A stretch of DNA of 63,210 bases, counting the filler, from Octopus bimaculoides (taxonomy: Eukaryota): the NCBI RefSeq assembly GCF_001194135.2. It is 7 parts of 7 records of this genome, joined end to end, with 100 filler letters (N's around TTAATTAATTAA, not from the genome) between each part and the next. Parts side by side here need not be neighbours in the genome. Positions count along the whole stretch, not along the records: positions 34,950 to 43,273 come from NC_068988.1; positions 43,374 to 56,171 come from NC_068983.1; 5 more parts are not named here. One strand, given 5' to 3'. Each line of letters opens with the position of its first letter. Within the stretch, counting starts at the first letter, position 1. This document shows, piece after piece, positions 36,675-50,540 of this stretch. The position numbers and the translations under genes are program-made. Under the pieces are notes generated by a model. It made no database searches, was not told the DNA's origin, and saw nothing but the letters and a program-made list of their open reading frames with translations.

Positions 36675-37262
36675 GGCGCATGTGTGGCTGTGTGGTAGGT
36701 AGCTTGCTTACCAACCACAGGGTTCCGGGTTCATTCCGACTGCGTGGCACCATGGGCAAGTGTCTTCTACTATAGCCTCGGGCCGACCAAAGCCTTGTGA
36801 GTGGATTTGGTAGACGGAAACTGAAAGAAGCCTGTCGTATATATGTATATATATATNNNNNNNNNNNNNNNNNNNNNNNNNNNNNNNNNNNNNNNNNNNN
36901 NNNNNNNNNNNNNNNNNNNNNNNNNNNNNNNNNNNNNNNNNNNNNNNNNNNNNNNNNNNNNNNNNNNNNNNNNNNNNNNNNNNNNNNNNNNNNNNNNNNN
37001 NNNNNNNNNNNNNNNNNNNNNNTATGTATGTATGTGTGTGTATGTGTTTGTGTGTCTGTATTTGTCCCCCAACATCGCTTGACAACCGATGGTGGTGTGT
37101 TTACGTCCCCGTAACTTACCGGTTCAGCAAAAGAGACCGATAGAATAAGTACTAGGGATCCGAAGAATAAGTCCTGGGGTCGATCTTCTCGACTAAAGGC
37201 GGTGCTCCAGCATGGCCGCAGTCATATGACTGAAACAAGTAAAAGAGTAAAAAAGTAAAAGA
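36675..37262 (+). mobile_element. SINE family B, young full-length copy with a gap in its internal microsatellite
   Basis: Near-consensus with CpGs retained. Confidence 0.9.
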
Positions 37263-38011
37263 GTAATATTTGGACTTATAATCAAAAAATAACTAATTTT
37301 CAGACCTATTTTCTAATTTTCTAAATTTCAGACTTATGTTCTAGTAAGATATTGTAAATGAAATATAACTTTGGGGATTTAACATAAACATTCTAATTCT
37401 CAGACCTATGTCCTAAAACTTTGGCCACGACTCTATTTCTTAAAATTTATGAAATTTGATTTTCATTTCCCAACAGAAATATCGTAAATCAATTACACTC
37501 TACATTTATCTCAACAACGTAATCTCTGTAAGTAATTATCTTCGAAAGACGTTTTTAAAGTTTTGTAAATCCTATTATACCTTAAGTAATTTGAAAGTCT
37601 CAGTGTATCAGCAACTTGAAGAAAAGATACCAATAGATAGTTGGGGCATTTAATGCTTAAATCAGTATTGTTTGTACAAATACATGTATGTCATACACAA
37701 TATATACATTTCTATCTTATATTACATATATTCCAGAATATACAGACTGACCCTGCAAATGAAGGAGTGAATACGAATTTACCATCTCGGACTATAATTA
37801 TCATAGTATCTGTGGTATTTTTCGGTGTCTTCCTCTTGTTGATGCTCTCATATTCCATGTTGAGAAAGAAGGCGAAGTAAGTTATGTAAAACCTCCTCTA
37901 ATGCTCCTCCTCTTCCTCACCCTCTTCATCTTCCATTTCGTCACTGCCACAATTACTAATATCATTACCATAAAGTACTGAACCCACAACATCAACACTA
38001 CCATCACCACC

Positions 38012-38043
<32 letters not shown>

Positions 38044-38175
38044 CAACAACAAAAAACACACGACAACTGTTACTGTTACTTCTACTACAGCTGGTTATAA
38101 CAACTGCTGCTGCTGCTACTAGTACTTTTTCTGCTGCTGCTGCTACTAGTACTTTTTCTGCTGCTGCTGCTACTA

Positions 38176-38269
<94 letters not shown>

Positions 38270-38517
38270 CAACAATAATAATAATTCTACTCGAAGCACA
38301 GGCCTCAAATTTGTGCGTAAATGATACTAAGTTTAACTTACCGCGAAAGGATGAAATTAGCGGAATTTGATATCAGACGGCATTACTTGGAAATACACGC
38401 ATATTGTGTAAAGTAATGTCTGTCTGAGTTTCTTGCGGCTTGACAAAGAACACAAACAGCCGGCAGACACAATATCCTCAATCAACGACCCCACGATAAT
38501 GTATACTGTGTAACTTC

Positions 38518-38563
<46 letters not shown>

Positions 38564-39357
38564 GTAATAATAATGATGATAATAATTAGAATAAGAATAA
38601 AATTGATCCCAATAATGATTTCATTTATTTGCTACTAGGGTGAAATATTGGGGGACAATGCAAGACTAATAAAATGTCGGGGTTTACATATAATGAAATG
38701 ATGATATAATTATATAAACAAAAAGTGGGGAGGAGAGTAAGTACACACGCCATACAATGAAAAGGAAGGGAAATATAGCATAGTAAATGATTAACAAAAG
38801 TGGGGCTGTGATAATAATGTAGTCCTGATACATGATGACCTCTTGTGTTAAAGAAGGAAATTTACAGTCCTCAATCTCCCTGAAGAACAAGGGTAAATGC
38901 CCTCTACAATTCCCTTTCTTCCACTCACAGCTCTACACTTAGAGAGCTACAATTAGAAAGACAGCATTAATTAAAACCCAATGTTAAAACAATCCCACCT
39001 AAATGTGTGTTCTAGCGCAACATCTGATTTTAGGCGGTGATTATTTTATCTTTGCATATTAATACTGCCTCTGTCTCACTATATATGTTCTAATAAGCCT
39101 ACCGGCCTTCGTCAAAGTCAGTGCCTGTTTGGGCTCCGTATTTTTATGCATATTCCTAGCGTGGCAGTTGCTGAACATTCCAGCCTTTTCGTGTCTGTCA
39201 TTGATAATGCGAAATCAGATAGAAATCAAGTGAACTGGCAGCGGAGATAGTGGTGAATGTATGCCGCTCGTGATAGCTATGGTGTACTTTCGTGCACCAA
39301 TTAACCATATAAGAGCTTCCTGTTTTGGTAAATATTACAATGGTGATGATGATGATT

Positions 39358-39442
<85 letters not shown>

Positions 39443-40075
39443 GGATAATAATAATGATAATAATAATTAAAATGACTAGCTGGCCCCGTGAAAACTTCAT
39501 TTGTAAATTGTGTGCTGGTACTATGAGAAATGATTGCATGTTGTGACACTTAAAGAATACAGAAATAAATGTTAAAACCGATAACTATATAATCCAACCA
39601 AAATATCTCAGTTACGCAAACGTAAACAGAATTACTATTTAACCTTAAAATACATCGTACATATTCTAAGAACCTTCTTGGTTTAGTGGTACGAAATGTT
39701 CTTCTAGTGTTCTGTTATTAGCTTGCCTGTTTCAGTCATTTAACTGTGGCCATGCTAGAGTACCACCCTTTAGCCTAGGATATCGACCCCCGGTGTATTC
39801 CCTGTAAGCCTGGTACGCATTCTACCAGTCTGTTGTGCCGAACAGCTAAGTTACGAGGATGCAAACAAGCCAATATCGGTTGTCAAGCGATGNNNNNNNN
39901 NNTATATATAAATTTAAGGAATGGAGAAAAGGCATGTTATAACTGCATACTTTATTCCTACATATGTTTCAAAGGATTACAACCTATGTGATCCATAGGA
40001 ATCTGTGATGTTAAAATCCATCTATTGTTTTCATACTCGATCATAATGTCTCACGTTTAAGATGATTTCCATGCA

Positions 40076-40159
40076 TTCCCTGAAGAGAAGGTTACAATTT
40101 TAACATCACACATTCCTATGGATTACATAGGTTGTAATCCTTTGAAACATATGTAGGAA
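40076..40159 (+). ncRNA. Type I hammerhead ribozyme motif, family H1, second copy
   Basis: UUCC-CUGAAGA-GAAGGUUACAA...UUGUAAUCCUUU-GAAAC-AUAU-GUA-GGAA. Within the catalytic core it differs from the 13929 copy only at variable position N7. Confidence 0.85.
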
Positions 40160-40363
40160 TAAAGTATGCAGTTATAACATGCGTTTTCTCCATTCCTTAA
40201 ATTTTTAAATATACTCAAATACCCAAAATTTCAAGGAGTTTCTGCCTCAAAAACAGGAACTACACCACAGTTATTTTGTGTTCATTGCTACCTTAGTTTC
40301 TATTAACCAATTTATTCTATCCGAAGAATTGTTATTCATTAAGATAGAAGAAATACATATAAT

Positions 40364-40408
<45 letters not shown>

Positions 40409-42274
40409 GGCTTCTTTCAGTTTCCGTCAACGAAATCCACTCACGAGGCTTTGGTCGGGCCGAGGCTATCGTAGAAGACACTCTTAAACGTATAGAGTTG
40501 AATTTCGAGTAGCCACCTGTTGGCAACTTGTCTCCCCGACCCATTTTGTATGGGCTATTACCCATATTTCTATGCTCTTATCACAGCTATACCCGGTTCG
40601 AAATTAACATTAGTTTTGTATGACAAAAAAAAAGGGGAGTGGGGCTTATTTTTAGCTTGTAGAGGAAAATTGAAACGTGTTTGAGGATAAGAAAAACATT
40701 GTGTTTCCCCTCATCTAAAAGACATGAAGAACTGTGAAAGAAGGCTTTGATTGTTTTACTTGTCCAATCATTTGACTACGGCCATGCAGGAAAGAACGGT
40801 AGGCACGATGGTTGCATACGGTTTCAAATTCCATGTGCAAAATTGTTAGTCGACTGAAACCCTATAGTAATAGATATATCCGGAAACTGTCTATACTGAA
40901 ACCGAACTCCGAAACAAATCAAAAGGGAAATCCTACACAACACTGATATCTTTTTCCTAATATGCCAATAACAACATTTGTCATCATGGTTTATAACAAT
41001 GTTATCAAGCAGATGTTTTATTATTATTACTATACTAGTTGCAGTTGCAATCCTTTATTTTCAAATTCATAAACTATAAAGCTTGCGCATCTAACATTGT
41101 TATAAGCAGTATAAACGTGCAGTTATTTAGACTAGTAATTTTCATTTGAAAATCGTATAGTTCAGAAATTTTTTCGTTTCCACATACGCTACTATTCGAT
41201 ACGGAAACGTAGTCCCTTCGATGACATTATTCAGAATAACTTAAAGAGTTTCTGTGCAGTTCATGTTATTTGTCTCAATGTGAAATCACACAAGTATCCA
41301 ATATGCTTTATACTTCACTGCATTTTAAGAAATGCATTATTTGTATATAGTAAAATGTATATAATCTCTGCAGATACTCTTTTGTCTTCTATTATCGGAC
41401 CAGTAATTATTTCTGACGCATCTTTACAGTTTATAGCAAAAGAAAAACCTGTAGAGCAAAAAAAAAAAAAAAAAAATCCTTCATGTGATGTAATTACTTA
41501 AGAAGCATTCAATGNNNNNNNNNNTTTCGTTCTAAGACTTAGATATGCATCACATAAATGAATGTTTAAATGTTTTTTTTTTTCTCTTTTGGAATTTCAC
41601 TTTCTAGTCGATAGCATATTCAATTTGTTTTATGCTTTTAATTAATAGGAGAAATCTAGCAAATGTAGACGCGGGATTTTTTTGCTTCACACCATTTTAA
41701 TGTACGTAACTGAAGCATTTCACGTATTTGCAAGCGAACCAACTTTCGATATACGTTTTCAGGTAGAGGAAGATTAAAATTTTAATACTATAATATTTCA
41801 GAAAATTTAGTTCTCGTCTACGAACTTTAATGAACTACTTCAAAGGTATTTATTTTATGCAAAGCGTAAAATAACATATTTGAAAATTTTACGTTAGTTT
41901 CTGTATACAAGAGTTTGACCCTGACCACTGAAGCATTTTGTTAATCCGGTGTTCCCAAACAGCAATCATTACTAATAATTCCTAAGGAATTAACAAATCA
42001 ACTTCTGGCTTGTTTATATTTTATTAATGCAGAGAATGCAATTTTAAAATAAACTTTATGTTCAGTCAATTTATTGAAATGTTTATAGTAATGATAAAAC
42101 CTCTTGCATGTCAATCAACAAGAGAGCATGGCTAATTGGGCAGCTTTATAAACATTTCAATGATATACTTGGAACTTTATGGTTATTTGTGCAAATGAAA
42201 TAGTAGAGTAGTGCTCAAACTTTTGTTCCATTGTGCGTCAAAATAAGTGTTTACTACCTAATTAGATTTATGTT

Positions 42275-42556
42275 CGTGAAGGTGCGTGGTTTAGTGGTTA
42301 GGGTATTCAGCTTATGTTTGTAAGGCCGTGAGCTCAATTCTCTGTGACGCGTTGTGTCCTTGAGCACGACACTTCATTTTACGTTGCTCCAGGTAGTACC
42401 TCTATTTCAAAAGCTCCAGCATTTTTACACGCTGTATCATGCTAAATCTAATCTGAGAGCTACGTTAAGGGTGCACGTATTTGTAGAGTGCTCAGCTACT
42501 TGCACGTTAATTTCTAGAGCAGGCTGTACTGTAGATCATAGCCGACGGAGTGCCAG
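42275..42556 (+). mobile_element. tRNA-derived SINE, same family as 290-548
   Basis: A-box TGGTTTAGTGG and shared body motifs. Confidence 0.7.
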
Positions 42557-43193
42557 TTAGATCTGTTGAATATAATTAACACCATTCAGAATTTTCTACA
42601 ATATACATTAGTGCAAAATATTGTACATGTAGTACCAGATACAACGTTGTAGATATGAATAATTTTCTGAAATAAGAATTAAGACGAAAGCTAAAATGCC
42701 AATAAAAAATGAAGTGAATAAATTTCTAGCATCACTTGTCCAAGGACACATAAATTCGGCGGTTTCTGTATTCTTGAACAAACGCAAAAATAAAAATAAA
42801 ATGAAAACATAAAATGAGGAACAGATTCGGGAAGTGTGTTACTGTGATAAATACATTTATACTTGACTGGAATACACTAATTCTAAATGTTTTGAATGCA
42901 ACTATTTATAAAAATAAATACATGAGGGAGTTGCTAAACAACGTTATATTCTTTGCGTATAACGGAGCGTGAGTTGAACATTTGTAGAAAGATCGATTAA
43001 ATTAATTAATCAACATATAATAATTGTCATGAATATACTGATTTCTCTGCAAATATCGCACTTACCTCAGCTAGATTTTCTTGGGTATTATCATATTGTG
43101 AGACATATGAATATATTGACATGTATGCATGTATAACAGGATTAATATATAATACACACACACGCATATACATACACACACACGCATATACAT

Positions 43194-43250
<57 letters not shown>

Positions 43251-43399
43251 TGCATACACATTCACTCATATATNNNNNNNNNNNNNNNNNNNNNNNNNNN
43301 NNNNNNNNNNNNNNNNNTTAATTAATTAANNNNNNNNNNNNNNNNNNNNNNNNNNNNNNNNNNNNNNNNNNNNATATATACATTCATATATATACACAT

Positions 43400-43975
43400 A
43401 CATTTACATATACATATAGATAATCAAATTAAAACATAGGGTAAAAATCAGATATTCATTAATATTAATTTATTACCAGGAAGCTAGCACATTGAAAGAA
43501 TCCGAGAGATTCAGAAAAAATATCTGAGATCTTAGGGGATTAAGGTATATTTTATATATATGAAGTTGACCAGTAAAGTAGACATCTAATATGCTAGAAA
43601 TAGATCACATTTTGTGTCTACTAAGACTTAGTAATTCTCAAAAGAAATTCAGCGAAGCAGTGGTGGTTGTTCCGTAGTAGGTGTTTCTTAAATTTTAAGA
43701 TTTTGATTGATGTCCATAGTTTTTGTTCAAATGTTTCTAGGTGGTTATTATGTAATGACGTCTTCCTGGTTTTAAATACTCCAGAGGTAAAATCCATGCT
43801 ATTATCCGTATTGTTATTAGTGGTATTCATTTGGTTTTTATCATAATAAACAGTTCTCCATATTAGTGTATGTGTGAAATCTGTTATTTTGCCAATAAGT
43901 TCCTTCATATATACATGTTTTGGAGGTACTGGTATGGTTTTAAGAGATGTGTCAATTGTAATAGTTTCCATTATT
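43400..43975 (-). mobile_element. Penelope-like element fragment: ORF N-terminus joined to terminal non-coding sequence at (TA)n
   Basis: TSLKTIPVPPKHVYMKELIGK...LIWRTVYY...FKTRK...LETFEQKLWTSIKILKF resembles PLE RT N-termini (recalled). The non-coding part is homologous to 26150-26235. Confidence 0.65.
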
Positions 43976-44294
43976 CAGTATTATTCTGTATAAGACAATT
44001 GTATTTACTGATACTAAAAAGTAACAAGTAAATGATCAGAATTTATGCAAAAGACAAAAATTTAGTTAAGTGTTGAATAACCACCTAAGGCATATTAAAT
44101 GTCAAAAGAATTTACTGGCTTTTTTTACCTATATAAATAACAAGGCTATGAACTATCGCTCATAACAAATAGGTAAATAAATAAATAAAATAAGCATACA
44201 GTTTATTTATATAGGTAAAAAAACAGTAAAATCTTTGGATATTTAATATCCCTAAGGTGGTTATTTAGCACAACTACATTTTTATCTTTTGCAG

Positions 44295-44344
<50 letters not shown>

Positions 44345-47300
44345 TGTATGTATGTATGTATGTATGCATGCATGCGTGTATGTATGTATGTATGTATGTA
44401 TGAGTGTATGTATATGAGTGTGTGTATGTCAGTGTCAGAATATATACAAATCAAAGAAGCAAAAGTAGTATCACAATTTATGAAAACAAAATTACAACAA
44501 AGTAATAATTTTATGTATCATTTAAATGCAAAATGTACTTCTGAATCATACATACATACATACATACATACATACACGCACACGCAGACACGACGGACTG
44601 GTTCTGTCTATGGATCTATTCCCCATCACAAGATATTGGTCAACCCAAAGTAATTGTAGAAAATACTTACACACTTTGCAATGCAGACAGACGATGTGCG
44701 ACTGACACAGTAGTGCTGGACTTAGAAACTTAGAGACTTAGTTTTCCCTTTGTTAAACTTGAATTCATATTATCGGGATCGACTTTGTGTCTGAGTTCTC
44801 TAGAATCGAGAAAAAAATTTTCAGACATGCACTGATATCGAATCAGTCAACGATACTCCTCTTTTTCAATGTTTGGTCTTGCAATTTCACATTTGAAGCT
44901 TGAAGAATTTGATTACATCTAAATACTACGAAAGAAATAGTAACTTGATGACATTCATGTAATTTATTGTAGAATTAATTCAACATTTTTCAACATTTTT
45001 CTTGCCATGCTTTTCTGCGTATTGGGATTGAAGACAGATCTATATGGCTGTGAAATGAACTGCTTAATAACACAGTGACGTCTGATCTGTGGCAAATACT
45101 ATGACAAGAGAAATGTTGCGTAATTCTACAATGAATTCCATTGATGTCACCAAGTTCTATTTCGTCCATAGTGTTTAGATAGAATTAGATTCTTCAAAAT
45201 TCAAGGTTGAAATATTGATTTTCGTTTTCTCTTTGTGCAAAGACAAAGGTTTGAAGAAGATTTTAGCTGACTGAATCCACATCAATGTACATCCGAAAAT
45301 ACTTTACTCTCCTAAAAAATTTAAATGTAACTCAAATTGAAGTAGCGGGCTTAATTCTATGTCATTTAGTCCATCACTTCTGTTTCTGCCATGTCATCGC
45401 CTTTCAACATTTGAAGTTTTGAAAACAATTTCGGAAGATATATCATTGTACTTGTTTATATCCAGATTGGGCTAGATCCAAGAAACCTATGATCAGAAAC
45501 ATTACTGCAGTAACTATCTTTTCAGGTCTTCAGCCCTAGTATATAGCTAGAGCCAAATTAGCCAAATGTGTCTTTTTCACAATAATAGTTATGGTTTGAG
45601 GCAGATTTAGCTGATATTTCTAGTAAGTTGAGCAATCATACAGAGGCTACCTTGTTGGTTCGTGGTAAGATGTGTTGGATGTTGGAAGAGGACAGACCAT
45701 GTAGCACTACAGATGAAGGTCAGATATGTTGGAAATTGTTGTAAGGCCGAGAGAATTATGATTGATTAGCAAAACTGTTTAGAGCTATGTTACAAAACAC
45801 GTGACAGACGAGAAGCCAAAAATATGCAAAATCAGGGTATTTATGTAACTGTAACTTCACAATAGTTGCAGCTGGTGACAAAGATAAAACAGACAAAAAT
45901 CAACTGCATATAGTTTCATTCTTATTTTAAACGAATTTAATTTAAATTCTTAAATTTTTATGCATATATTTTATCTGTTAGAAAAACTGAAATTCAATTT
46001 GGATAAAATATTCATTTCCAAGTAAGAAACGGTTTGTGAATGCAGAGACTAATACAAAAGCTACTTAATATGCAACTTAATCTTGCTTCTCATCCTCTTA
46101 TCTTTATTTTAGACACGTAGTAGTGTCATGAGCACCGGTGACCAAACTACATGAAACCACATGAAATATTCATTATATAATCAAACAATCGATAGCACAC
46201 CGATTGATAATATTACAGATGATGTGGTAGTCTCAATATAATATTTGAGATTTTTATATCCTCTTTATCATGCTAATATGTTATTGAGTTAATACTCTAA
46301 TAATTACGAGGTTGAGCCAATAATTCTTCGTAATATGGCTGAACTTCAATGATGTCGTTGTAGTCAACCGAACATTAGTTCTAAGTGGAATTTTAGTGAG
46401 TGGGGTTCCTACAAATTTCACTTTATTATTAGTTGACACATCAATTCTTTTGTGTACTAGATTCAATTTTTCCAGTTTCTCACAGCAGGATTTTCCTTTT
46501 ATGTTATGTAGTTTAGATATTTCTCATTAACCTATTTAAACTCTCCTTATTTCTCGCGAAAATCCAAGGAACTGAAGAGATCATGAAAACCGGATTTAAG
46601 CGTTTTGATTTTAATCTTAACGTGGCTCGTTTTCTTACCTCTTCTTTTTTCTTCCTCTACCTCTCATTCTTTTACTTTTTCTTCTTCCTTCGCCGTTCCT
46701 TTTAAGCTTTCTTCTACTTCTTCCCACTCATCTCCGACCCCTTCTCTCCGCCCTCTCCTTCCTCTCCTCTTTCTTCTTCTTACACACAACTTCCACTTCT
46801 GTGTATCTGAAGACGATAGTTGCTTCAAATGAAATATGACGGCAGTTTCAGTTCTCGTGGATGAAGCTTTTTAGCTATACATTTCTCTCTTTTACTGTCC
46901 GTTGGGAGTTGGTTATAGATTGGATTGTACCTACTTGATATGTACAGTGTTAATTCCTGCAGAACTATTTGGCAAAGGATTGTCTGGCCCTGGTATCAAA
47001 CTGGGAGCATTGGTGAAGATCAAGTTGATTTGCTGAATACGGGATCTCCGTATTGACGGTTTATTTGTGAGAACGAGAGATACAGTGTATTGCTTCCGTT
47101 GGTTCTGGTATTGTTATTGTTGTTGTTGATGCTGTTACTGCTAACCTTTCTTATCTGCTTATCTTTGGAAGAAAAACCTTAATGTGTCTATAGTTACAGC
47201 TGTAAACTATTTAACTGACGCTTTCATAGTTCATAAATCTTAGATTTCATATGGGTGATAAACCTCGATGCCTCCATTATTTCGCTTCATTGCTTTCTTT

Positions 47301-48995
47301 TTTCTGAAACTGTAACAAAATTCAACACCATTACGTGGTTGGTTTCACAGGGTTTATTCAACGTTGTGATGCGTATGAAACACAAATTAAGATAGTAATG
47401 CAGAAAACGAAAGAGAAGGGAAATTAATTAGGAATATGTTTAGAAAAACTTAGGGAAAGGGAAACTGTTGAGTACGGTTATCGAGTATAAGACCATAAAA
47501 GAAAGGAAGACTAGATAAATGATAAAGAGGATTCACGTCTATAATCAGAAAGTAAAAAGAATAGAAAAGTTATACAATTACAATGATATACAATTGGTGA
47601 TATATTTGTGTGTGTCTGTGTGTGTACACAAACACACATACACAAACACACACACACATATATATACATATATGTGTATATATGTATGTATATGTATATA
47701 TATGCATTTATATGCATATATATTATGTATATATATATATATATATACATATGTATGTATATATGTATATATATATGTGTGTGTATGTATGTATGTATGT
47801 ATGTATGCAGGTATGCATGTGTCTGTGCGTGTATGCGTGTGCGCGCGCGTGTGTGTGTACAGAGAGAGAGGAAAAAAGAGTGGGATTCTACATATAAAGA
47901 ATACTGAGAATATAATACATAATTATTCATAACACGTTTATGTTAGCAATTATCATACTACTTATTCATTGCTCATGAGAAAATCGTTTATGCAACATTC
48001 TCGCGCGACGTTCACATGAGCGTAATACATGAACGTTGACCAATGAATTTGTACGTTAACAGATGCGTTCTGAGCCACGTTCTTACTTTAAAAACAAACT
48101 ATCTTCATAACAACGGTCAGAATAGACATAGTTCGCGATACAACTCCACACACTATATACTTTTGAAAATTTAATGTGAAACCGGTCAAGTGTATTCTTA
48201 TATTTTAAAATACATAATGGAATATGTGTGTATGTACGTATGTATGTATATATGTATTCTATAATATATATGAATATATAAATGTAGAGAATGAATGTAG
48301 ATAATATAGAAAATGAAAGAGCCAAGGGTAGATACAATCGATTTCAGGCCTCGTGCTTAGAATAGAAAGGATTATATCATTCCATATCATATCATATTAT
48401 ATTATATATTCTTTGCGCAGCGAAGTGGCAAAGAAAATGCTCTTTACATTCTGAGTTCAAATCCCGCCGAGACCAACTTTGCCTTTCATCTTTACGGGGT
48501 CGATAAAATAAAGTACCTATCAATTAATGGTGTCAATGACATCGACAGCCCCTCTCCCTTTAAAAACTACTGGGCTTTGTGCCTAAATTAGAAACTATTA
48601 TTTAGGCGGTCAGCTGACAGGATCATTAAGACGTCGGAAAATGGCCTGTGGTACTTCTGACTCTTTATGTTCTAAATTCATATCCCACAGAGGTGTACTT
48701 TGCTTTTATCCCACCGAGGACGATCGACTTAAGTACCAGTCGAGTTCTGAGATCGATAGTATCGACTAACCTCTAGTCCCTCATAGTTGCAGACTGCGTG
48801 CTAAAATCAAAAACAATTAAATTTTATAATAGGTACAAGTATGGGTGTACGAATAAGAAGTTCGCTTCGCAGTTACACGGTCTTGGGTTTAGTACTATTG
48901 CGTGACACTGAGCGTGTCTTCTACTATAACTCCTGGCCGACTAATACCTTATGAGTAGATTCAGTAGACAAAAACTGTATACGTGTCTATCGAGA

Positions 48996-49075
<80 letters not shown>

Positions 49076-49189
49076 TTGTCCCCCACCGCTTAAAAACCTG
49101 TATTGATTTTGCTTACATTCCATCAAAGAACGGGATCCTCGACACCACCTCGTAATCCTTAATGACCTCACCTACCCTCTGTAAGTGTT

Positions 49190-50130
49190 CGACCCCGTAT
49201 ACGATGATGGTGGTGTAATCCACATAGGCCGTAACCGACTTCCCTTAACCCAGATCATGCGGGACGCCCATCATCTCCTCCAATTTCCGCAGTAAAGGCT
49301 CAAGAGCCAATACATACAAAAGAAGGAGAGGTGGTATACTTGGCGTACCAAGCGCTTGATGCAGAACGGTTTCGAAAAGAACGATCGAAATGATGTTGCT
49401 ATACAAAGCGATGATCCAACTACGGAAGGTCGGGCCCAATCCGACCGCCGCGTGGATTAACACCATGTACCGATGGTCACCCCTATCAAAAGCTTTAACT
49501 TGGTCTAAATGGACCAATGCCCCACCCTTGCCAGGTATCCTGTTCACCCTCTCTAAGGTATAGCGTTATAGTGTATAACGTGGAGATTGTCGTATATGGA
49601 TCTGCCGAGAATGACACATGTTTGTGCCTCCCCAACGAGTCCACCAACGACATGCGCCAACCTTTTTGCTAATACCTTGGTCAAAATCTTCAGCTCTGCG
49701 TTAAGCAGAGTGTTGGACCGAAAATTATCAAATAAGTTCCCCTTGTTTGGGTCCTTTCTGAGCTGTGGCGCACAGATCTGGATATAAACCCATTCTGCTG
49801 CCAGTTGATGAAGACACATGCCAGTAGGTGTCCAAACAAATCTGGCATACTATAATATAGCTCGTAGGGAAGATCAGCAAGCCCCAGTGACTTGCCCCCG
49901 CTGCAGTCCGACAAAACTTGGAACGCAGAGCCAGACCTCAGTGCCTTGTCTAGAGCCTTAACTAAAGCCATTTCTATTCTATTTTTCTTAGCAGCTATAT
50001 CTAATAGACTCAAGCTTAATGGTTCTTTTGAGGGCATAGCACCATTTGCTATTTATGATGGTTCCTGTCTACAGATTTTTCTTGAGCAGAACTGCGACAC
50101 CACTCCCTCCTCCAGGTTGGCGTAGAGAAA
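49190..50130 (-). mobile_element. L1/Tx1-clade RT fragment, frameshifted
   Basis: GKSLGLADLPYELY, NFRSNTLLNAELKILTKVLAKRL, LDQVKAFDRGDH, LLYVLALEPLLRKL. Confidence 0.85.
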
Positions 50131-50189
50131 TAAATTTCTCGTAGCCGTTTAGGAGGCGGGAGAAAAGCCCCGCAGTCCACTCAGTCTGG

Positions 50190-50540
50190 TTTCCATGGCA
50201 ACTATTACATCCAATCTATGCAGTTGAAAAGAATCTAACAAAAATTTCCTAAAGGCATTTTTATCTTTTCTACTGCCGGTTTAGATAGACCATGGATAGC
50301 AAGGAGCGCATCGTCCCTATAAAGACCGTCGGATACATTTGGGAAGCTACTTTTAATTTGAGAGAGGAGATATAGGCCCACCAAATCCGTCATCTGTGCG
50401 GAATCGGATGACCCCATAGTTATATCAAAGTAGTCCGTAGATTCATCACAGGTAGAGCACCACAAAGGGAGTTTGACCTTATTTTTAACGATAAATATAA
50501 TCCTATCGATAATACATTTGCTAACTTTGCCCAAATCAGA
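50190..50540 (-). mobile_element. Penelope-like element RT core fragment
   Basis: FDITMGSSDSAQMTDLVGLYLL...GLYRDDALL (PLE RT motifs 4-5). Confidence 0.85.
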
